DNA of 64,000 nucleotides from Candidatus Bathyarchaeota archaeon (GTDB lineage: Archaea > Thermoproteota > Bathyarchaeia > Bathyarchaeales > DTEX01), in contig CAVQNT010000003.1 in the NCBI GenBank assembly GCA_963714275.1, forward strand, positions 96,001 through 160,000. Reading direction: 5' to 3'. The notes below the pieces were generated by a model. It was not told the DNA's origin and searched no databases. It saw nothing but the letters and a program-made list of their open reading frames with translations. The position numbers and the translations under genes were made by a program. Below, in pieces: positions 55,990 to 64,000 of the stretch (position 1 is its first letter; each line of letters starts with the position of its first letter).

Positions 55990-57878
55990 ATCTGTGCAGG
56001 AAAATGCATCGTCTCTTAAGCCTGGACTAACTTGGAGAAGCTTTATTGCAATGCTGACAGCAATCCTAATCTTTTTGCCAGCATCCATATATATGAACTT
56101 GACGTCAGGAGCCGGCACTTTAGGCGTAGCAGCATCCTTCGTTATCGCCATCATATTTAGCGAAATAACAAGGTACTTTGGGAACCCTCTTACAAAACAG
56201 GAACTTTTCATTATGTTTTCCGTGGTTTCAGCGGTATCCAGCCTTGTTACGCCCTATTATGGTCTTATTTGGAGAGTCTACTTTTCAACTCATCCCGTGT
56301 TCTCCCACGTAATGCTTTACGGCGAACCCCTGATTAACCTTATTCCTTCATGGTTTGTTCCTAAAGATGCCAGTGTCCTGCAGTTGCGAACCTTTTTTGT
56401 CGCGGAGTGGTTCCAACCAATCGCCATAGTTCTTACAATGGTTATCTTGTCTCTCATCCAATCGGTTTCTATAGCACTGTTCTGCTCTCATCTATTCATA
56501 GACGTTGAAAAGTTAGAGTTTCCATTCGCCAAGATTCAAAGCAGCCTCGTTCAGGTACTGTCTGAGAAGAAAGAGAACCAAATGAGAATCTTTATTTTTT
56601 CAGTAATGATTGGGCTTGTGTTCGGTTTGATTCTTTACGCTCCTCAACTTATCGGCACGCCCATAATTCCTCTTCCCTTCGTGGACCTTACGAGTTTTAC
56701 TCAAGACATCGTTCCGGGTGCCATAATTGGCTTGTCTACCGACATATTGACGTACGCAATGGGCATAGTAATTCCGCTTAATGTCGCTGCGTGCCTCGTC
56801 GTATCCTCCATCTTCGTGTACGTGATAGCGAATAACCTGTTTTTGGTTACTTTCCCGAACGTATTTCCACAATGGGTTCAAGAATACTACCCCGGAATGG
56901 GCATAGCCAGCCTCCAGTATAGGTCAACTCTACGAATATGGCTCCCGTTCCAGTTCGGAATGAGCATGGCTATGGCTATTTTCTACGTTCTCCTTTTGAG
57001 AAAGGAAGTTTTCAAATCCTTTAAGCTCCTAGGAAAAATCAAAAGCGGAACTGAGGATCATCCGTCAATTCCCATAGTTCTGATAATATTCATACTTTCT
57101 TCGTTGGCTTCGGCTGGTCTTTTCTTGTATTTTGTACCTGAATATCCAGCGTGGATAGCTGATTCTACTGTCAACGGGCTACAGCTTTCTGATGGCTTTA
57201 ATTTCATCAAGAGCTTTAGGTGTAGGAGGTATGAGCCCGTCTTTCCCGTACCCGTGGCGCATGATAACACTGTTCACGGATTATAAAGGGCTAGTAGGAT
57301 GGGACTTCCAACCTGCCATAGAAACAGGGGGATCAGCAGGCATAGTTCAGTCGATGAAAATAGCCTATCTGACTGAGACGAAACCTATGGATTACATAAA
57401 AATGTTCATCATAGGTAACATCGTGGCGCTTCTGTTAAGCGTAATATTCTACGATTTCTTCTGGAGAATGACGCCTATCCCGTCCACCGCCTATCCTTAC
57501 ACGTTAATGTATTGGCCTCAAAGCATGTTAGAGCTTCTAATGTACGCAACTAGGCAGATACAGATCCCTCCAGAAAGAATCGGCATAGGCATGGGAATCT
57601 CGATGCTATTATTAGCAGTCGAGTTTGGCTTAAACAGAATCAGCGTTCCATTCTCAGCCATCGGGTTACTTCTTGGAGCCTTCCAGATACCGCCAGCAGC
57701 CCTAGCCATATTCGTAGGCTCACTCATCAGTGACGTAATAATCGTCAGAATAATACCTGACTGGAAAGACCTTAAATTTATGGCGATGGCAGGTCTGATG
57801 GCTGGTGTAAGCATTAGTGCAGGCTTAGGAGTGTCCGTGTCCATTATTCTTAAATCGTCATGGATATGGTCATGGTAA
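55982..57878 (+). CDS. OPT-like polytopic permease, frameshift near 57160
   Basis: GLTWRS, LTKQE, F..VEKLEFP, PIPSTAYP..W; overlaps upstream gene. Confidence 0.72.
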
Positions 57879-57939
57879 AATCCTATAAAATAGACAATCT
57901 TATGTTCAGTCATTGTACTGTAGAAGGATATGATGCTAT

Positions 57940-58966
57940 ATGATGGTCTCTGAAGAATATGATAAAGAAATGAAAAGAGTACTTTTCGTTGTCATAGACC
58001 AGCTTGCTGGTCATTGGGCTAAAGGGGTCAGCGTCGCCAAAGACATGCCGCCAGTTAACGTTTGGGGCTACCACGAGAAAGGCTTGACTCCAAACTTTTC
58101 ATACATCATCAAAAACGGAATCTTTGCTTTCGCGTGGAACCGAGGAACCTGTGACACTCCGCATGGAATGAAGTATCTCGCGACGGGAAGCTGACAATGT
58201 GGAGCCTTTCTGGAAATCCCTGAAGAACCAGTCATATTATGCTAGGAAAGACTCAGACCCTATAGGTTTGTTCGAATATGCCAAACACTACAATCCTGAG
58301 GGCATTACGTCTGCTTGTTTCACAACCGATAATTGGGCGGCTCCGGGTTACTTTTTCACTGCTGCCGACACGCACGCTTTAACGTCTTATTTTCCTGATG
58401 AGACGATGTGGAGAGAGTTTGCGTTAACGTACTTGAGAAGAAAGAAGAATTGGAACCTTGCCCACGTTTATTTCCCGACCAACGACATTGTTTCTAACTG
58501 TCCGTCTTACGCGTTTTGGAATCCTCATGTTCGCTCATCAAAACATTCGTACATACAATATCTGGATAGCCTTCTAGGAGAAATCGTCGAGTTCCTAAAA
58601 TTCAACGAACTGTGGGACAAAACCTACTTAATATTGGCGTCTGACCACGGTTTTCACGCTGCTTGCTCAGCTGCAAGAAACGTCGGCAAAATGATAGGCA
58701 TTAATTCGCCTAACTGGTGTTGTGACCATCTTCCGCCGTATGACTGCGAAATCTGGGACTACGAAAATGACCATTCGAAAGGCGAATATTCTGGGTGTGC
58801 CAGAAGAGTTTTGTCCATCGTTTCAGGGGGAGCTCTCGAAAAATCCCTTCAAGGCAAAGTCATAAATGAATCAGAAATAATTGACGTCGCACCGACAATA
58901 GCGGACATCCTCAAAATTCCCTATAAATGCGAGGGAAAATCCCTATTTGAAAAATTAAAGCGTTGA
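57940..58966 (+). CDS. Alkaline phosphatase/sulfatase superfamily protein, frameshift near 58193
   Basis: FVVIDQ, TPNF..I..NG, T..G..YLATG, ASDHG, IDVAPTIA. Confidence 0.75.
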
Positions 58967-59040
58967 AGTATCTTAGAAAATTTTTATGTGCATTAATGGA
59001 TTTGCAATAAAACCTTAAGAAAGAAAGCTCGAAGTTGTAA

Positions 59041-61743
59041 ATGTTCGTGAGGTTGGTCAGAAAGATGTCGGATGTGCAGTCTATCGTCGTGTCGCACACT
59101 CACTGGGACCGCGAGTGGTACATGCCTTTTCAAGAGTACAGAATATGGCTTGTGGAATTCATGGACGACCTGTTAAGGGTGTTCGACCAGAAACCGGGCT
59201 ACAAATGTTTCACACTAGACGGTCAAACGTCTGTAATCAACGACTATCTGGAGGTGCGTCCAGAAAAAACTGAAAGATTAAAGAAACTGGTTGCTGAAGG
59301 AAAAATTTTTGTCGGTCCATGGTACACGCAGCCTGATGAGTGGCTTGTCAGTTCAGAGTCGCTTATTCGGAACTTGATGCTTGGTCACAGAGTTGGGCAA
59401 CAATTTGGCAACGTCTTGAAGGTTGGGTACGTCCCTGACAATTTCGGTCACCCTTCGCAGCTTCCCCAAATTTTCCGAGGGTTCGAAATTGACAACTTCG
59501 TTTTCATGAGAGGAATGGGAAACGAAGGGGATAAACTGAAAACCGAGTTTATCTGGCAGGCTCCGAACGGTTCAAAAGTCATCGCCATGCACCTGATCGA
59601 TTCTTACGTTAACGCGGCGTTGTTAGGCCTTCCGCCATCTATGCAGGACAGATTCGTCAGACTTTGGGAGGGACCAAGCGGGTCTCTGACGTATCCAAGA
59701 TCGTTCAGTGATATACTGGACAAATTCGATTGTGAGACTCTTGTTGACAAAGTCAAACGATTGGCAGAGGTGTTATCGCTTAAATCGGTTTCGGGTAAGC
59801 TGTTGTTCATGAATGGCTATGATCATGCACACGCGCAACCGGGAATAGTTGACGCCATAGAATTTGTCAATAAACAAGACATGGGCATCAAGCTAATCCA
59901 GGGAGGACTGGAGGACTACATAAACCCATTGCGTTCAATGATGGGGAAGATGCAGACTTATACAGGGGAGTTTTGGGGAGCCAAGTACCATTACCTTTTG
60001 CCGGGCGTGCTTTCTACTCGCATGTACCTTAAACAGCAGAATCGGCAGGCTGAGATTCTTTTAGAGAGCTACGCTGAACCTTTGTCGTGCTATGCGGTTC
60101 TCTTCGGGTATGAGTATCCAAGGAGTCTTCTTTCGTTGGCGTGGAAACTTCTGCTTCTGAATCAGGCTCACGACAGCATTCACGGCAGCAGCGTTGACGC
60201 GGTTCACGTGGAGATGGAGGCGCGGTACCAACAGGCAATCCAGATTGCTAACGCAGTTACGTATGACGCATTAAGGTACATAGCCAGCAAGGTTGAGAAT
60301 TTTTCGGACACTGATACCTTAAGGGTGGTCGTTTATAACCCGTCAAACTGGGCACGCAGCGACATAGTAAAGCTTTGGGTCGACCTTTCAACAGGCAACT
60401 ATGTAGCCATGGATAAAGAAGGAGACGCTGCGCCCATTCAATTCCTTAAAGAAGAAAACACGAGATTCCCAAAAGAGACCTTTTCACACATATCATTCTT
60501 CGCCAAGGATGTACCTCCTAATGGCTTCAGGGAATTTGCGGTTGTAGAAGCTGAAAAAACTGAACGGAAAAAAGCACAATCAGCTTTGAGAGCAGGTTCC
60601 CACTTGTTAGAGAATGAGTTCTTCCGAGTAGTTGCTGATGTTGATGAAGGCGGTTCTCTAACGGTAACTGATAAACGCAACAATGTCGCGTATAAAGGCT
60701 TTAACTTGTTCGTTGACGAGGGAGACCACGGCGACGTGTGGGATTATTCGCCTCCTAAAGGCGGAGACAAAGTTGTCACAAGCAAAAACAGACGTGCACA
60801 AATAGAGACTGTTGAGAAGGGACCTGTTTCCGCTACTTTAAAGGTTAGCCTAGTTTTGGATGTGCCTAAAAAGACTGAAGGAGATAGGCGCAGCAGCGAG
60901 ACGGCGGAAGTTCCCATAACGTCCTATGTTTCGTTACATTCAGGCGTTCCCAGAATAGACATAAAAACAGTTGTGGACAACACAGCCGAGGACCACAGGC
61001 TCAGGGTAAAGTTTCCAACTGGCATACGAACGTCTTCAGTGAACTCTGACGGACTGTTTGTCGTCAACGAAAGACCCGTGAAAAACGACGTAAAAGGCGA
61101 AAATTGGAAGCAACCCCCTCCGACGACGTTTCCGCAAATGTTCTGGCTTGAAGTTCACGACGACGAAAAAGGCATCACCGTAGCCAACAATGGACTGCCC
61201 GAATATGAATGCAGAGAAGAAGACGGAGTCAGCGTCTACATTACTTTGATGAGATGCGTGGGATCCCTAAGTAAAGAAGACCTATTAACCCGAAAAGGAC
61301 ACGCAGGACCGCCGCTTCAAGTGCCCGGAGCGCAGTGCCATCGACTGCACGCCTTTGAATACTCAATAATTCCACACATGGGAGATTGGGTTAAATCAAG
61401 GTCGTATCAGCAGGCAAAGAACTTCGTTAATCCGCTTGCTAGCTGGAGCGTTAAAGGCGAAGGTGGGACCATTCCGGTTGACGACGGGTTCGTTAAGATT
61501 GGGCCTGACAATCTGGTTGTCACCGCCATTAAACGGGCTGAAGATGACTGTTCCACCATACTCAGATTCTATGAAGTTGCGGGTAAACCATGTACTGCCC
61601 AAATCGAATTTAAAAAAGGTTTCCGCGAAGCGTGGTTAACTAACCTTAACGAGGAAGACAAGCGACGTGTGGAAATAAAAAACGGAAAAATCAAAATCCC
61701 CGTAGCAGCATTCGAAATAATTTCTTTGAAGCTTAAGACATAA
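59041..61743 (+). CDS. GH38 alpha-mannosidase (MngB-like subfamily)
   Basis: SHTHWDREW, LDGQ, GPWY..DE, PDNFGH, NG.DH, QAHDSI.G..D.VH. Confidence 0.93.
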   Translation: MFVRLVRKMSDVQSIVVSHTHWDREWYMPFQEYRIWLVEFMDDLLRVFDQKPGYKCFTLDGQTSVINDYLEVRPEKTERLKKLVAEGKIFVGPWYTQPDEWLVSSESLIRNLMLGHRVGQQFGNVLKVGYVPDNFGHPSQLPQIFRGFEIDNFVFMRGMGNEGDKLKTEFIWQAPNGSKVIAMHLIDSYVNAALLGLPPSMQDRFVRLWEGPSGSLTYPRSFSDILDKFDCETLVDKVKRLAEVLSLKSVSGKLLFMNGYDHAHAQPGIVDAIEFVNKQDMGIKLIQGGLEDYINPLRSMMGKMQTYTGEFWGAKYHYLLPGVLSTRMYLKQQNRQAEILLESYAEPLSCYAVLFGYEYPRSLLSLAWKLLLLNQAHDSIHGSSVDAVHVEMEARYQQAIQIANAVTYDALRYIASKVENFSDTDTLRVVVYNPSNWARSDIVKLWVDLSTGNYVAMDKEGDAAPIQFLKEENTRFPKETFSHISFFAKDVPPNGFREFAVVEAEKTERKKAQSALRAGSHLLENEFFRVVADVDEGGSLTVTDKRNNVAYKGFNLFVDEGDHGDVWDYSPPKGGDKVVTSKNRRAQIETVEKGPVSATLKVSLVLDVPKKTEGDRRSSETAEVPITSYVSLHSGVPRIDIKTVVDNTAEDHRLRVKFPTGIRTSSVNSDGLFVVNERPVKNDVKGENWKQPPPTTFPQMFWLEVHDDEKGITVANNGLPEYECREEDGVSVYITLMRCVGSLSKEDLLTRKGHAGPPLQVPGAQCHRLHAFEYSIIPHMGDWVKSRSYQQAKNFVNPLASWSVKGEGGTIPVDDGFVKIGPDNLVVTAIKRAEDDCSTILRFYEVAGKPCTAQIEFKKGFREAWLTNLNEEDKRRVEIKNGKIKIPVAAFEIISLKLKT

Positions 61744-61795
61744 TAAAAAATTATTTTTGTATTGCTAAGATTTTTTGTTTTTCTCTTTTTTTGAA

Positions 61796-62531
61796 TTAGT
61801 AATGTCGTTTCTTTATTGCCTCAGTTATTGCTGTTTTTGTTGAAACGCCGATTAATTCGCTCATTTTGGTGTGTCCGCCCGTTATCCGCAGCGGCTTCCC
61901 AACCATTTTTCCCGAAGCCACAATGATGTTATCGGTTCCTGTACCAGTCGCCTGATTCTGTGGGGTATATGTGCTTCTGACATTCAAGTCTTGAAGGACG
62001 GCAGTTTTTGCTTCTGTAGCGGTAATAATTGCACGAGCCAACGATCCGTCGCTTAGAGGAGCATTGGTTAAGAGAAGCGTGTTGATTGTTCCAACCGTTT
62101 TTTCATACTTTCCGTCCCTTTCCACCCAGTTTGTTTCGTCCACTCCTGTCCTCATAGCGTTGCCTTTTACTCCAGCGGTTGCCAAACAGCACACCGTGAA
62201 CTCCTGATAGGATTTTTCGCAGACAGCCACGTTGTCCATGTCGACTCCTGTGCCCAAAAAAGTGATTTCACCAGCTGGGATCCCTGAGAGCTAAGGTAGG
62301 GAAACTGTCTTCGAACTCTTGATAATCTTTCATCGCGTACTCCGATACGGGATACGGGATGTAAGCGTTGGCTACATATTTTACGTCTCTAAATCCATCT
62401 AAAGTTGAGAGGACCCTGCGTTTTTCTTCAAAGGAGACGAGTAGGGTGTTCTGCTTTACCCCTTTGAAAGTGTGGTAAATCACCTTTGCCTTTGTCCCTT
62501 CCAGCTTTAACGTGATTTCTTTTTCGTTCAT
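61796..62531 (-). CDS. cbiZ: Adenosylcobinamide amidohydrolase (CbiZ family), frameshifted
   Basis: TAGV.GNA, GTIN, ITATEAK, ATGTGTD, GGHTK. Confidence 0.8.
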
Positions 62532-62548
62532 ATCATGTCTCTCCTTTT

Positions 62549-63821
62549 CTAGTTGGATCCACCCAAAGTATCTGGAATCCTAGATAAAATGGGGATTACG
62601 ACAAGCATCTCGATGAAGACGGGAAGGAGGATAACCAGTTCCATCATTCCCATTTGCCACAAGAAACCGCCCAACATGAATGCTGGAATCGTAATAAGTG
62701 TGTTAAATATACCAGTGAATCCGAACCATCTTCCCCTCTTCTCCGCTGGAACTAACTCCCAGTACATTGTCATGAAGGGAATATAGCTGAGAATGCCTAT
62801 GCCTTCCATTAGTCCCATTGCGCCCAGAACCCCTGCTATGATGAGAAAATTCGGTGCGGGCGCAAAAATTAAAATCAAGGTGCCCAAGTACGAGACAGGG
62901 CGTAGAACATAATATGCCTTTTTTCGCCCAATCTTGTCGGCTAGTCTTCCTATTGGCATCTGTAACAAAGTGGATATTCCCATGCTCAAGGTGCTCATGG
63001 TTCCGAGGATGTAAGGGTCTGCTCCTTTCACGTTCACCATCCAGAGGGGAACGTATGTTACGGATAGACTCGACGCAAAATACCACAGGCTCATTACAAT
63101 CGTCCATTTTTTTAGTCCTTTTTCGCCCTTGAATAATTCTTTAAAGCCTTCAATTAGGTTCATGCCCTTGGATTTTTTATTTACTACAGGCTGATCACGG
63201 GGGCTTTTCATCATGAAAGCCACAAACAGAATAATTATGAGGGTCAAAACCATCTGAATTGTGTACAATGGACGGATGCCTTGAGCCGATATTCCGCCAA
63301 ACGTGATTACAATCACGGATGCTATGATGGGTGTGAAAATGCTTGGTATGGTACCGATTGTCCGCGCGAAGCCTATCGATTGGGCTCTTTTTTCAGGCTT
63401 GATCGACTCAATCAGTACCATGTCAGGAAGAGAATAGACCATGTTGAAGCTGAATCTGGTAAATTATCATTGCTGGAATAAGCATCAACCAGCTGGAAGC
63501 ATTACCATAAATTCCTGAGACAAAAACGGATAAAATTAAACCCAAGATAATAGCCCGTTTTATGCCGTGCCTATCAATAAACCATCCCATGGGAGCCGAA
63601 ATTGCGCAATAGACCAGTTGGCCAATGCTGTATAATGACCCCATCTGAAGCGCATCTGCTCCTAAGGCTGCGACATAAAGCTGGACGTACTTGGATGGAA
63701 GGCCACCTGAAAAGTTGTAAAGCCCAATAGTAGCAAGCATGACTTTGGACCTTCTGTCAAAAGTTTTTATGAATCCGGAGACAGCTTCTTTTACGCCAAT
63801 TTTCATCCCGAAACCATCCAT
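62549..63821 (-). CDS. MFS transporter, frameshift near 63450
   Basis: GWFIDRHGIK and GRLADKIGRK loop motifs; P.EKRG. Confidence 0.9.
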
Positions 63822-64000
63822 GTTGAGTATAGTATTATGGTGTTATATTTTGGGCTGATGAATAATTGCGTATTATAAATATAAATATTATTGGGCTGTC
63901 CGTGATAATTTTTGCTGAAAAATTTTTATGCGATATACAGTTGCGTGCAGGAAAATATGAACACTTTAAAGATTAATACTTCATAGATAGATGCGTCAGG

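Noticed and set aside
58192-58194. TGA inside the AP-superfamily gene as selenocysteine or readthrough
   Set aside because: The downstream half is in a different frame; one extra base explains it

Overview
Archaeal genomic DNA, most consistent with a TACK lineage such as Bathyarchaeia (inference from aRF1 with a Zn-ribbon insertion, RIO2, PDCD5, archaeal-type ValS/PyrH, a CFI-box-CTERM protein and a BHB-intron tRNA). Many genes are split by single-base indels, probably long-read consensus errors rather than true pseudogenes. Three zones: (1) ~1-21.9 kb, AT-rich accessory region with a SIR2-like gene facing a HEPN-like gene, surface and redox genes, an Rce1-like/ICMT-like pair, and a family of dispersed low-complexity intergenic elements sharing a GATTAAA-W-TTTAATC core; (2) ~22-42.6 kb, mostly core genes plus a long bactofilin-like beta-helix gene, a KamA radical-SAM + two Ddl-like ATP-grasp + GNAT cluster, and a tRNA-Leu(CAA) with two non-canonical introns; (3) ~43.5-61.7 kb, a mirror-symmetric carbohydrate locus: GH38 and alkaline-phosphatase-superfamily genes on both sides of a three-gene membrane module (two paralogous OPT/DUF6785-like permeases and a ~1500-aa degenerate M28/PA-FtsX fusion) with no ATPase or solute-binding protein. 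That transport module and the KamA/ATP-grasp cluster are the best candidates for uncharacterised systems. All family calls are by motif recognition only; no searches were run.
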